Shown: piece by piece, positions 26,191 through 40,127 of the stretch | Numbering within the stretch: position 1 is the stretch's first letter | Layout: each line of letters begins with the position of its first letter | Assembly: GCA_951406725.2 (NCBI GenBank) | Contig: OX597817.1 | Coordinates: 20,150,001-20,214,000, forward strand | Source of the DNA: Octopus vulgaris | Taxonomy: Eukaryota | Reading direction: 5' to 3' | Length of the DNA: 64,000 bases | Position numbers and translations under genes: made by a program | The notes under the pieces: model-generated | Databases searched by the model: none | What the model saw: only the letters and a program-made list of their open reading frames with translations | What the model was told of the DNA's origin: nothing

Positions 26191-26520
26191 ATTATTTTAA
26201 TAATACATTTCCCGGTAATGAATGTCTAAAGTTAAATTTGGCTTGGCGTTTCTTTTTGTTAGCGTTTTTCGATAGCTAAATTCTTTCTTCAGATGGTAAA
26301 TGTATATTTGCATTTACCCGTCATGCATGAGGATTTATCTGAGATCTGCATTCTACTTACATTTGGCATATTCTATTACATATGGTAACTATTTGTTAAA
26401 TACATTTAACCATATTCTTTTAATATAGAATTTCCAAGTAGTTGGAAAAAGCTATTGCTCAGATATGTGCGTGTGGGATACACGCACACACATACACCCA
26501 CACGCACACACACCCACACT

Positions 26521-26588
<68 letters not shown>

Positions 26589-26591
<3 letters not shown>

Positions 26592-26763
26592 CTCTGTCTT
26601 CCCTTCTCGGGATCTTTCCTTCTATGTTTCCGACGAAGAGCTCCGCTCGAAACGTTAAATCCTCCTTCTTCCCTTCTTTCCTGAGCGTCCAATAATACTT
26701 TATTTGTTCCATATCCTCGCGTTGTTGTATTTTTGTGTTTTTTGTGTTTTCAGGTTTGGATTA

Positions 26764-26767
<4 letters not shown>
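26589..26767 (+). mobile_element. Solo PLE pseudo-LTR-like unit with a hammerhead at 26626-26660
   Basis: gttt cCgacga a gagc-tcc-gctc GAAA cgtt aaat, with (TA)n on both sides. Confidence 0.8.
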
Positions 26768-26833
<66 letters not shown>

Positions 26834-29679
26834 CTCATACACACATATATACACACATGTATGTAGTGATCAGGGTGCTGAACAGTGCATTGTATTCTTC
26901 AGCAAAACAATCCGATTCACGTTGTTCGGCGATCACTTCGATATCTTAAGTGTGATGGAATTGGAATTGGAATTAAGTGTGATACGTGTCAATATACGTA
27001 TTTGAATTTCAAATTGGAATTAAGTGTGATAGACCTTGCGCCTTTACAGGCATCGATTTGATGGATACAGGGAACTGATGTACCGCCCAAATATTAGATC
27101 GCTATATAACAATCATAAATACCACTTGTGGAGATGCTTAATTAAAATGTTGTGGAATTGTCTTTCTCAAACATCTCCGACTACCGACACCGCCCCCACC
27201 ACACCATAGATACGCACACGTACACATGTACACACAAACATAGTGTTTTGTGTTTCCGTTTATGATATATAAGTTACTTGAAAACGTATTTTATTTTTTC
27301 TAATCTAAGGAGGGAGATCACCTTTCTGGCATCCCTGTAAAATCCATTCACAATTTGAGGGTCTTAGCCATAGGGCATCTACCATTATCTGCTTCTGGCT
27401 AACAAGTACACGACAAGGTTTATATATGTGTAGTCTGTCAGCTCCCTTGCTGCTGTTTCTTCCGCTTACGTTCTTGTTTGGTTTCTATACCATACTTTAT
27501 TGTTTTTACTTTACTCATTTTCATCTGTTTTACTTTTTCACTTCATACCTCTCATTCTGTTGCCTTTTTACAATATAATTATTCACTTTCACTCAGAACT
27601 TATCTTTCTATCCGTTTAGTTATTTCGCTCTAATTCTAAAAAAAAAAGGTTTTCGTTCTTCCAATCACTTTAACCAAATTTCTCTTTATTGCCCTACATC
27701 GCTATCTTTTATCGCTATGTCTGTTGTATTCGTGTAAAAGCATGCTCACAGTCATGTTGAATTTTTGAAATGAACTTAATGCTATATATAAGGTTTGGAA
27801 TATTGTGGAAGGCAGAATAGTTGGGAAATACTAGAGAAGATAATTCCTCAGAAACATAGAAATATGACAGTACAGGGAAAGCGACCCAAACCAGCAATTT
27901 TGTTTTGCCACAAATTCATATATAACCAAATGTTTATTATTGGTGGTGTTATTTTGTATTGACGTTCCTGCTGCTGAGGTATTTTATTTTTCAAACTTGC
28001 TACTGACATGTAACGAATGTTTTCAATAGGTCAATCTCCGTCACAATGAAAACAGTTCGCCATGACTGGATTTTTCTTTTCAATAATAGTCATTTACACA
28101 TGATATTTGTGTGAGACCTTATAGCTAACAAAGGTTTGAGTTAGCTTTTAGAATTTGAAGATAAAAAAGGTCGTGACTCGTTTACACCCACAAAGAAAAC
28201 AGCAACGAGATACACGTAAAGTTTTTTGTGTGATTTCTTTCCTTCATTATTGTTCTCATTGTTAGTTCAACTTTAGTTTTTCTTGCTAAAACGGAACTTC
28301 GTCAATATCATTTTTTATCATTATTATGATAGCTTGAGAACTATGGTTTAAACGTAGCTACAGAAAGGACAAGTTTGTGAGCAAGAGAATGAATGAAGAC
28401 GTGGTAATAACAGTGTTTAACAAATGCAAATAAAGTCAATATATCAGATTCCGCCAGAAATTCCTGGAAAATGGTGTTTTGAATAATAGGAATTTCAAAT
28501 CTTTAAATTAAAGAAAATGCGTGCAATTAATAACAAGTAATTCTACAGATTCGCCTAATAACATTGCCATCAGTCAATGCGTGAATGGTAATTACACAGA
28601 CTTTAGTCTCAGTATCGGTCTGTAATATCAGACTTAATTATTCAGCAAGCATAATCTATATATTACAGCGTTCGCGTAAGCCTGAAGATGTTGTCCATAT
28701 ACTAAATGATAGCATTTACAGGAAAAATAAATTCTGTGATACATTGACTATGCTGTTATTTAGCAGGCCTTAGTTCCAAATCCTTGCAGTTGTGAACATC
28801 TGGACATTTTTCATGTACTTGTGCAAGTATATACACAAGTTTAACTTTTGACACTGGGCTATTTTTAATTAGTTTTTAGTTCGTCATTTTAATCAAAAAG
28901 TCTACATTGAAGTTAAAGGTTTCATTGTCGCCTCAACTGCCATGGTACTTTGCTTCAACAAATATAATTCCGAAGATACCTGTCAAGTGGTTCAGTAGTT
29001 TATATTTTTTATCATCTGTAGTATACGTATATTGACGCGTACGCACATATGTACACATGTCCATATGTATGTGTGAGTATTCACACTTGAGCTTCATGAG
29101 TCAAATTACAACGTGAGTAATAGCAACTTTTATAAATTTCAGCAATTATAATTGAAAGCAGTTCAAGAGTTAATTGTAAAGCCCAACAAATTAAGCATCA
29201 AATCACAAGAACACTGTCAGTTCATCAGATCATATTACAGGCTAAGACTACATCGAATGGGTTTATTTCGAAATTGGTTCGTCATCAGAAATACAATTTA
29301 ATCTTCATGATATATGTACTATCACCGAAGATACTTCACTCTAAAAACCCTCCTGAATCAAAGAAGCTATTTCGTAATATACTACATGTAATTACTTCAC
29401 TATTGTATTTTTACGTGTTTCAAATTAGCATTGCATATTTATAACTGAAATGTTTTCCGTAAGATGTTGCTATATTCCAACTGTACATATTTCGTTACTC
29501 TTTCCATATTACGATGCATGATGTACATATTTTCTGAGAATGATAGGTTGGATTTCGATATATAACACTATATACAATAGCTCGGATCTACAATTTTGAG
29601 AGGGTTATTTTTTATAGCCATGTGATCACTACAAAGCATCACTATTCTTAGTTATAATCAAGTGTCTGATGAACGATTG

Positions 29680-30530
29680 CATTATAGACATGCAAGTATT
29701 TTCAAATAGAAAGAATGATGAGCTGCAGATAGTAGACCGAATATAGAGAAAGCTACTTACAATGCACAGTTCAATTCACACCAAAAACCGTAGTGGCAGG
29801 CTTTGTCGAATCAAGTACAAAGTTTGGTGATGTTTGGTACTCAGCGAAAGCTGTAAATGTCAGAAGCAAATAGCTTGTGTTGGTATAGCAAAAGTGCCAT
29901 TGGATCCTTGCTGGTCCAAGTGAGAATATCTGGCGTAGTCAGGACATATACATACATGCTGTCAGAGGAGTTCAAGACAAACATGTGTAAAAAAGGTGAA
30001 AGTAAACACAGTGTACGGGTAGTTTGCTAGAACGGTGAGCATGAACACAGGTGTTGAGGGTAGATGCTATTGAATAAGGAAGAGTGACTCGAAGCCAGAT
30101 ACTGAAGCAATAACTTAAGATACATTACACAAAGTTCAACAATGAGAATGCTGTACTGAAAGAAGTGACAAACGCAGGTTGTGCAGTGATAATGATGAGA
30201 CTGTATGCCATACTGTGAATGATGGTACAAAGATGACCAAAAGTTGACGCAGACCAAGGCACTATAATTTTTACAGTGGTAAGTATGGATTCAAGGAAGA
30301 AGAGAGGCGTTGCAAGCAGACCCTAGGAGCAATTGAAAATAACAAGTGTATATCCTGTAACATTTAAAGATACACTATGCTCATGAAATTGAACATCGAA
30401 AGCCCGATACAGAGGTTGTGAATAACAGAAGATCTTCATTTATTATTGTTATTTCATACACTGGTGTTGACAAAGTTTCGAAAAAGTAGGAAAGATTCAA
30501 TGTAGGAGATAAATAGACTACAGTCACTGA
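29680..30530 (+). mobile_element. R4/Dong-like non-LTR retrotransposon remnant (post-RT region, zinc knuckle, restriction-like endonuclease)
   Basis: ELQIVDRI*RKLLTMH; EANSLCWY; IRKSDSKPDTEA; SDKRRLCSDNDETVCHTV; HEIEHRKPD. Confidence 0.85.
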
Positions 30531-30859
30531 AGAACGAACCATGATAAATTCATCCTGGATTGCAGCTCAGTCAGGGAGACGAACAGTGAAAATAATAATA
30601 ATCATAACTAGTAGTAACCGAGGAAATTCCATGGTAAGTACCAAATTGCTTTAGATGGGTGGGTGTTTATATTGAACAATGAATGTTGGTGCTTCTTTTG
30701 AAATTGTATATTTCATTTAAAAACAAAACATTTAATTTCTTCTGGGTAAAGTTTTAACTGAAAGAGCATGATTTTCTCAATTTGGCGGCGGTTCAGGCGT
30801 TCATTTCTAAATCTAAGAGCTTCATAATGATTACAATATTCATATCACTAATGTTGTAA

Positions 30860-31190
30860 CATTCAACCATGTCTTTACAGTTCTTTTTATATGTCCTCTC
30901 TAATTTTAATTTTCTAATCTATCTTGAACACGTTCTCTTATCTGTTGTAAATACTCTATTCTCTGTGATTCATATTTTCCCTTGGAAATGCTGCTGCTCC
31001 TGTGTTTGCTCCAGTGAATCGACCCTCTGCTTCTATTTACACCATTGCCTATACCGTTGGAATCTTTCTCTTGATAGCTTACATTGCCTCTCGTCCATAT
31101 CGTACGAAAAGATATAAACTAGGAAACGAGCATGCAAAAAATGTCTTGTAGCCTTATTTACATATTGTATACCCTCCTGCTCACCCGGAC
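30860..31190 (-). mobile_element. Probable pre-RT part of an R4/Dong-like element, inverted relative to 29680-30530
   Basis: Weak peptide resemblance (QEQQHFQGKI*..IRKLK) and a homologous copy at 7190-7460. Confidence 0.4.
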
Positions 31191-33333
31191 TATTAGTAGG
31201 TGCCCTGTTTCTACTTATCTTACGGGAAGAGAATGCCATTTGCTTCAATTGCTTATACCTCGAATATCCAGTTAAACAGTTGTATTTTCTCATTCACCAC
31301 TAAAATAATGGATCCTTTAAAGTTTTCATCGTAACTTTGGGCAGGATTATTGAAAATACCCATTCCACCGTTTCTCAGTACTCGCCGCGTACAGTTATCG
31401 GAGGTTTATGATGGCTTCCGGATGTGGGGAATAAAACGTACACCCGCCCTTCTCAGACTTAGAGATCTGCTCCGCATAACCCACACTTGCTACGTCTTCA
31501 ATGAAGTAGTCATTATTCTAGAGTAATATCTCCTAATTGGCTGTTAGTCTAGATATCCAAGGAGAAATCATGTGAATATATTATCCGTAACCGGTCAAGA
31601 ATGGTTTGAGATTCTACTAACGTATTGAAAGCTTTACATAAATTCGTGAGAGGAAGTGTATATTTCTATGTTAAGATAAAGAGTTGCGTATAAGACATTT
31701 CCCACTATAACGTTCCAATGAAAAGTAAATAATTCACAGTGCTAAAATGTGTCACATTCTCTAATTGTGCGCTGAAGCTCAAATTAACTATATTTACACA
31801 ATCTAAAGGGAGAGGTACAGGCATAATTCTTACAGATAATAAAGTTGTGTATTAATTCTTCGTGTTCAGCGTCTTTATGTATACACACATCTATATATAC
31901 TAATACACACATACCACACACACATGCGCACTCACACATAGTAGTTTCTAATCAGCTCTTATTATCGATATAATACGTCAAACATCTCTTTATATTAACT
32001 AGAATGAAACTTGTCATCTACAGCAAACTGTTATATTTTATAAACGTTATCATACCTTCTTTGTTATTTTTCTTTCACTTTTCACCACTAAAATGATTGA
32101 ACAGCGGTGAAACTTTTTTCTTCAATCCATTCCTATTTACCTGCCATTTGAATGTTTAATACTAAAAATAAAATACATTTTGTAACATGGGCCATCACGT
32201 ATTAAATTGTTTTCCTCAGAAATATGGCCCTGGCACAATGAAAATGAACATTTCTTATTTCAAGTATTATATGGTATATGTAAACACTTTAACTTTGATC
32301 TTGTAATGTGGGTGAGAAAAAGAATGTAAGAGGGGAGTAAAAAGAGAAATATGTCGGGAATTCTGATATTCACTTACTAAAAGATTGTCTTCACAAACGA
32401 AAGTAAAATATTGTTCTTTTGTTACTTGGAAATTTTTGTCAAAAATTTTACAACCGATTCTGCTACTATAAGAAACAAACGCAAGCTGCATTTAACATCT
32501 CTCTCTCTCTTCCTTTCTCTCTCTCTCTCTCTCTTTCTGTGTGCATGTGTATGTATGTACAAATGTATACATTGGAAAAAAAAGAAGGCATGTATTCGTG
32601 TGTTTATATAATAAATATACATGAAAGAACATTTGAGAGAATAGGTAGTGTTCAATATGTAATTTTCAATAGCATTTCCAAGGTACGTTTTACTAAGATT
32701 CTATCTCGATTTCTTGCGTGCGTTACTGGATTTCAAACGAAAAAAATTACAAAACTGGCCATTAAGGCTGATATTACATTGTTTATATTATTAAGCCAAC
32801 ACTTAATATTGCTGAAAATATATGTCATTGCTTTGTAGAAAGTATACCCTTCATAATGATATAATACACAGCAGACAACGTGAATTACGTCAATAGTAAA
32901 ATAAACTTAGATCCAGGTAATGGATTTTGGTGCTGGCAAAAGTGAACTAATAAATAGAAGTACAGCAGAGTATATCATTAGAATAACAGAAAGCAAGAAA
33001 AAACATAACATGTGATTGCAGTTTAGAAATAAATATATGTTAAATGTGGTGGCTTTATGCCGTATTGCCCAAAGATCTCCGTCGCTCTGAAGAAGTTTTG
33101 TTCTGTATCAACTTTAATACTAACTTTCCTGTCATAGGAAAATTTGCTAAACTTATATTAACCGAACCGAGATGTGATTCAAAAACAAGTGTGAACTGAG
33201 AAAACATTTGGTGATTTTGACTGGATAAAATGTAATAAGTGTTATACAAGGCATGCTAACATAAAAATACGAATGGATTTGCATGTGCAAGCATGAACGT
33301 ACGCGCACCTGAGTGTGTGTGCGTATGTGTGTG

Positions 33334-33371
<38 letters not shown>

Positions 33372-34030
33372 TGTGAATATGAATATGAGCTGTCTACATA
33401 ATGACAGACCATACGTTTTGCTACCTCTACATCTTCAGCTATCTAGCTTTAGATGTTTACTGCATGTGGATGCTTACTGTGAATATCAACTAACTGCAAT
33501 TTAGTGTTTCTAAATCAGCTGGGGATTTGTGATAATTTTGAGTCACAAGAATTTATGTAACCCCTAGATTTCTCCTCCAAACGTGTGGATAACACTCTGG
33601 TCAGGTGTTGTTTTTATAAATAAAATCCTGAAAGAAACCAACGTCAATATATGCGATGCGCTGAAATTCTACCAACAATTGGTCACTCCTTTTGCCCTGT
33701 TTCGAACATATTATTATAGAAAAGGGAACAATATCAGCAGCCTACGGTATGTAACTTCGTCGATCTTCAAATGAATGACAGATCACCTTATACATTACTC
33801 ACAAGCATGGCTTGTTACAGAACGATATGCCGTGTATAAAATGTGCATGAGCGAAGTAGATGATACAAATGCAAAGAACAAGCAGCTGCGAATTTAATTC
33901 GTTGAGATACAACTTCTAACGAGTCTCAAAGGAGTTGTATCCAAGGAGTAGTATTTCTCAGGCGAATACTTGTTGATAGTACACGCATTATTAAAATATC
34001 ATGTGAATCGCTTGAAGGGTACTTTTGGCA

Positions 34031-34252
34031 TTAGTTAGGTTCTTAATTCCTGGCTCAAAAAGCAAAAAAGCAAGGCCATGTAGGGGGACATGGAATTATG
34101 TACAGGGTGGTGTTCATGTAAAGAGTTCAGGCCACTTGAGGTCAAGGGAGACTTTGAACCGAGCGGTCGTCGGCATCTTCACCATCTCGTCTGGCAGCTT
34201 ATTCCACGGATCCGCAACCCGGACGGAGAAAGCCCATCTCCTTCGATTGAGA
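34031..34252 (-). mobile_element. CR1-clade LINE 3' end
   Basis: LNRRRWAFSVRVADPWNKLPDEMVKMPTTARFKVSLDLKWPELFT*; same family as 4326-4515. Confidence 0.9.
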
Positions 34253-34967
34253 ATATCAGAGAAACCCCCTCTTTCCATGGCAAAAATGTATGAATACCGA
34301 ACAACTGCGGCATAAAAGATGTGGGATCCTCTATATATGGCAGATTATGCCATACCAGCGTTAACAAAAATACATAATTCAGATGGCTTCACTTATAAAT
34401 TCTGGGTTCACAGAGAACGTGGAAGATACCCCAATGTGATATGCCAATCTACACAGTTAGTGATACGAAGGATAATCGATCAGTTATTGTTGACAAGGAC
34501 ACTTGAAGTGATGTTCGTCTAGATCGAGTTAGCTGTTCAATAGACAAAAAATGTAACAGACGAAAATATAAAATTAATGGAATGATAACCAAATAACCAA
34601 ATTGTGGAAACCGAATGCAGTTGACAATTCTGATAATAGTAAGTGCCTTATGAATTGTTTATACAAAATAATTTCCGAATCAATATCCATTGAACCAATG
34701 AAATAACATCAGAGAAAATTGTGAACAAATGACTAAAACATTGATGGATAAATATCCAAGAAATATATAAACATATTATCGATTTTTTATTGCTTTTTGT
34801 CATATACAGTAACATATTTCAAATGTACGCACTAATCGCCAATTATCTTTCTCGTGTAAATACACCGACAAAGCACAAATCAAATCAGAATCAGATAATT
34901 TCAGTAAAAACAACCCCCCACACATATGTGTGTACGGATATGTGTGTCTATATAGAAATGTATATAA

Positions 34968-35025
<58 letters not shown>

Positions 35026-35081
35026 TTAAATATATACAATTGTATATATGTGTGTGTGTATATATGTGTTATATACATATG

Positions 35082-35288
35082 AGAGGCGCAATGGCCTAGT
35101 GGTTAGGGCAGCGGACTTGCGGTCGGAGGATCGCGGTTTCGATTCCCAGACCGGTCGTTGTGTGTGTTTATTGAGCGAAAACACCTAAAATCTCCACGAG
35201 GCTCCGGCAGGAGGTGGTGATCCCTGCTGTACTCAAAAGGCGGTGCTCCAGCATGGCCGCAGTCAAATGACTGAAACAAGTACAAAAA

Positions 35289-35306
<18 letters not shown>
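35082..35306 (+). mobile_element. Chimeric SINE: family B head, family A 3' end, poly(A)
   Basis: 35082-35234 matches the 41056 head, 35236-35283 matches the family A terminus, followed by an A run. Confidence 0.85.
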
Positions 35307-35328
<22 letters not shown>

Positions 35329-36980
35329 TAACCGCACACACTAGCACACACACTAACACACACACGCATACGCACATTTATCATTTAACGTGCATAGTAT
35401 TAATATCAGAGCTACTAATACTTTCTTCCCATTGCGACACATTATTTTTTGTAACTTGCCTGGCTTTTCCAAGCAATTCTCTGGCTTTGGCACATGATTT
35501 CTTCTTTTTCAATTTGAAAATCATTCAAATGTGAAAACAAAAATTCGCTTATGAGATTTATGCTATCAAAACCTGGAGAAATCACACTCCTAATTGCAAA
35601 TTTTAAATTCTCATCCGAAATGAAAAGAACGAAAAGGTGACTGAAACTTATCGGGCTTTTGTAAAGAAGCATTATGCTTTAACAAACAAGTGTGCGAGCA
35701 CGGCGCGCAATGTATACTGGAAGTTATGTTTCGGAGCTCCCTAACTGTATTTTCTAAAACTTTGTCAATGATATGGACAATATTGCTGGACCCATAGAGT
35801 TAGGAAGTGGTTCTGTACCCGAAACATAATAAAGCTCCTGGCTTCATTTCTTGCTAAGACGAATTTTGTTGCAAGTATTCATCCAACATCCCCTCCGGCT
35901 AGAAGACACGACTACATTAAACTACTAATAAATTTAGCCACTCCACCACTTTTGCGAACATCACTGCTACTCACTGACATTGGTTTCTCTCCGTAAGTGC
36001 CGCAACACAACGGACGTGTATTGATGTATGCCCCTATATATATTTTTTGTATTTCTCAACAATGTTAACTGCTACTTCATACATAAGTTCCAACTCTCTG
36101 ATGGGAACGCCATCAACAGAAACCGAAAAAGTCATGCCTGGTTTCTAATTCGGAAAGAACGCCTCTCAATTTGTCCAGTTTGTGGAGGAATGTCAGCATT
36201 AACTCACTAATAGAAATATTCAGATCGCCTGAATATTTTCAAAGTTTCCTTCTAGGAGCATACTAAAAATATATCACTAAAGTTTAATCTAGCAACAGCA
36301 AAATTATGATGATTCCTGTTCCCTTTCATATCTGGTCGATGTTCTTGAAGAAATGGAAAACTAAATAAGAAAGGTGTATTTAATTAACGTCAAATGAGAA
36401 TAAATACAAAAGAAAAATCCTACCCAAGATTTTACCTTATGACGTTCAGGAAAACGGTGTTTTACAACGGTTGTTTCTGCAAATACATTTTATATCGTGT
36501 AGATGACTATCATTTCGGAATTTAATGTGAAAAAACGGAGAACGTGGTAGATATTTCACACACCTTTACATCGTTCCTTGATACGTTTTGCTGTTACATA
36601 AAATGCACAAGCAGTAGATAATTTATCTTTACAATTTCTATACTTTTAAATTGCTTGATGTAAAGACAATTTATGGACTCCCTATTGTGGAGCTGTCCCA
36701 TATTTTTCAAAATGGAATTTTTTACACAAATATGTTTTCATAAAAGGAAATTTTCCAGAGTTACCTCCTTAATTTGAAAAAAAATAAACTTTCATGGGTG
36801 AATTAGTGAGTATCGATTTTGGCATTCTATAGGCCTTAGAAGATAGCCAAATGATCCCTGCTACTTCTTGAAGACTGGACGACCACGTAGAAGGAGAATA
36901 CTTTTAAGTTTGTTTATTAGAGAGAGAGAAACAGAATCAGAAAGATAGAGGGAGAGAGAGGGAGAAAGAGAGAGAAAGAA

Positions 36981-37011
<31 letters not shown>

Positions 37012-37247
37012 CTAAGTTGAAGTAATGCGAAAAATATTTACTGAAGTCTATATTAACGGACGCAAATGAATATTAGACGTAACATGTCAGAAACATTTCA
37101 CAAATTGGGAAATCAAATGTGTAAATATAATTTAGCGATTGGCAGAAAACCATCCGGAGGCCAGTTTGTCTGCTAATATTACTGATTAGGCAATTAAGTG
37201 TCAGAATATTGAAACTATAGTCTTGCGAGTGATGTAAGTGCAACGAT

Positions 37248-37315
37248 CGGAGTCGGCTCAAGGTACCGGAAACTCGGGCAGTCGTCCGGGGTGCCGTGTT
37301 CTAGGGGACGCCAAG
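37248..37315 (+). mobile_element. Possible hAT-type MITE terminal segment
   Basis: GC-rich ggagtcggctcaaggtaccggaaactcgggcagtcgtccggggtgcc..ggggacgcca resembles hAT MITE termini. No partner end was found. Confidence 0.35.
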
Positions 37316-37949
37316 GAAGGCGTAGCAAAGACAAAAAAAATTCCACGACTTTCAGCTTGTACCCGTCAAAGTTCAGCTTGCCCGGGGTCCCAGTAAGCCT
37401 AAATGTCTGATTAAAGATCTGATTAAGTTGACTTGGAGGACATTGAAAAGGTGCATAAAATGCGTTTTCTATCAAGGAACACTTTATCATGAAATGTTTT
37501 CTCCGATTTTGCTGTGATGGTATAACATATTTCTTTTATTGAAGTAATTAGGTCTTGTTGATTTCTCTTGTGTATTACAAAAAGTTGGCTAACAATTGAG
37601 TCACGTGGTTCCAGGTAATAAGCACGTTTCCAGCTACAACATGCACACACACAGTCCAAATTTTAGATTCAACGCCGGTCCCTTGTATCTCAGGAATGCT
37701 TAAAGATGATTTAATGGACCTATCAGAGTTTTTGTTTAAACCCTATTGGACTCTACTCTAAGGAAGACATATATTGATTACTCCCCAGAAGAAGCATGAT
37801 GAAGTTGACCAAACACAAAAATGATATTTTCATAAACAATTAACCATCGCGTAGGATTGGGAGCTCGTAAATGAATGGAATAAAGTTTGAACGAAGCTTA
37901 AAATTTTATTACAAAGCCACAGAAGAAATTCTGGTCCAAATGCTATCTA

Positions 37950-38290
37950 TTAGACATCGAAATTTGCGCCTCTTTTGGTAATGACTTCCTCAGACGTATG
38001 ACTGTGCCATAAGTTTTATAAATGAATTACTTATCAATATCCTCCTACTATATCCTACGCCTGTAGGTAACTTCGTGGATTCTCACGCGCTTTTCCAATT
38101 GATTCCACTCACAAGCTTTTCCATTTCATTCTAGATGCTAAAGCGTAAACTATTCAAATCAGGTGATGAAATGGGTCACGTTTCCTTATCCTAAAAGCTT
38201 TTCTAAAACTCAAGCCTGAAAAATATTTGAGTCTCTGCACTTGTGTAACAAGGAGCTCCGTTTTACTGGAATGGAAATTTGAAGTCATTA
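37950..38290 (-). mobile_element. Tc1/mariner-superfamily transposase C-terminal remnant (DD37D-like)
   Basis: FQ*NGAPCYTSAETQ..DKET*PISSPDLNSLRFSI*..RL.EVITKRGANF. Confidence 0.75.
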
Positions 38291-38479
38291 AAGTTTTGTT
38301 GAAGTTCTCGTCTCTTGCCTCAGGATGTTCAGCAGGAATTCAGGGTCATTATTTCTTTCAAAGCCTAAAAATAACAAACTCCTCTTAGTTTCTCAATGTT
38401 CTTAAACAAGGTGAATGGCAGGCGAAAATCAATATTTGGTAGGGTTTTTTGCATGACGGTGGAGGATCTCGACCAATTA

Positions 38480-38766
38480 CTAGTTTTCGTGGAAAGTGGG
38501 TTCTCGAGGTGATCATTAAGCTCTGTAGTAATTTTGGGAGCTCTACGTTTATGTTCCTTTCCAACAATTCACGTAAGATTTCGATGGTCCCTATCTGAAG
38601 GTTTTGGTTTTCCTGCGGAGTTTTGTTTCAACGAGGTGGTTATTCCCACCTTCTCAAAAGCTGTCATTATTTTCGACACAGTACTTCTCGATATACCAAA
38701 CTGTTTGGCTGTTTTCGTTATGCTAGCACCTGCCATAGGAGCACCAACAATTTGACCGCTGTCATT
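38480..38766 (-). mobile_element. Tc1 transposase N-terminal remnant
   Basis: GQIVGAPMAGASITKTAKQFGISRSTVSKIMTAFEK..KQNSAGKPKPSDRDHRNLT*IV..APKITTELNDHLENP. Confidence 0.9.
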
Positions 38767-38938
38767 TTTATTACATTTTTCTGATTATATATGAAAAGAA
38801 GCAGCTCAGCTATTTTAGCAAACATATTAAGCAACACTATTAATAAATCAAAAACAAAAACAAACAAGCTTTTGACGGTGTAATAGTTATTTCGAAATGA
38901 TGATTCTATGATGCTAGGTGTTTCCATTATTTTGTCAT

Positions 38939-39044
<106 letters not shown>

Positions 39045-39058
39045 GTATGTATCTATGT

Positions 39059-39432
39059 ATGACATGCAATGTCTGTGCAAGACCCTGCCTCAGAAAAGCT
39101 GGACTCAAGAGTCATCTTCGTAGTCATAAAACGAGACAGATGAGTGACAACCTGGCCACTGGTGGTGGTGTAACACGCCATACTAATCATATCTGTCGGG
39201 CATGTGGAAGAAAGTGTAACTTGGCAGGAGGACTTAAGCGACATGCAAAGGTACATGAAACCCAGTTACAACTACAGCCGGCTATTACCAGTAAAGGTTT
39301 TTGTTGCCAATTTTGTACAAGACTTTGTAGACCTTTAGCTGGGCTAAAAAGTCACATTCGATCACAGTACCAGTAACAGTTAAGCTTCGTGCAATGACCA
39401 TACTCGATAACGAGGGGGCATCCATAATAATC
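39059..39432 (+). mobile_element. RTE-clade LINE 3' end encoding three C2H2-type fingers
   Basis: CNVCARPCLRKAGLKSHLRSH, CRACGRKCNLAGGLKRHAKVH, CQFCTRLCRPLAGLKSHIRS, then a stop, a short UTR with ctcg-ataa-cgag hairpin and (TAA) tail. Embedded in (TATG)n. Confidence 0.75.
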
Positions 39433-39861
39433 TATGTATGTATGCATGTATGTATGTATGTATGTATGTATGTATGTATGTATGTATGTATGTATGTATG
39501 TATGTATGTATGCATGTATGCATGTATGTATGTATGTATGTATATGAGTGTATGCATATAAATGCTTACAAATATGTACTTAAATACATGGAGATTTGTT
39601 GTTGTTTTTACACTCCGATGGCATCATATATGTGCCTTCCATCTAAGTTTTCCTGTTGTCCCTAAACCTCGAAATCAACCAATTATATTATCTATGCTAT
39701 TTATTGTGTGCAATGATCTGAATGATCATTAATATAATTTCTCTTCCTAATATAATTCATGCATTCTAGCATTTTCCACGTCTTGGCTTCTGATACATTT
39801 AATATATTAGAAATTTCTTGCACCTATATACACGTACTTACACTCACAAATATAAAATATA

Positions 39862-40065
39862 TTACTCTTTACTTGTTTCAGTCATTTGACTGCGGCTATG
39901 CTGGAGCACCGCCTTTAATCGAGCAACTCGACCCCACGACTTATTCTTTTGTAAGCCCAGTACTTATTCTATCGGTCTCTTTTGCCGAACCGCTAAGTGA
40001 CGGGGACGTAAACACACCAGCATCGGTTGTCAAGCAGTGCTAGGGGGACAAACAGAGACACACAA

Positions 40066-40127
<62 letters not shown>

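Noticed and set aside
31340-31500. HDV-like ribozyme at the putative 5' end of the R4-like element
   Set aside because: The segment is GC-richer, but I could not build the nested double pseudoknot.
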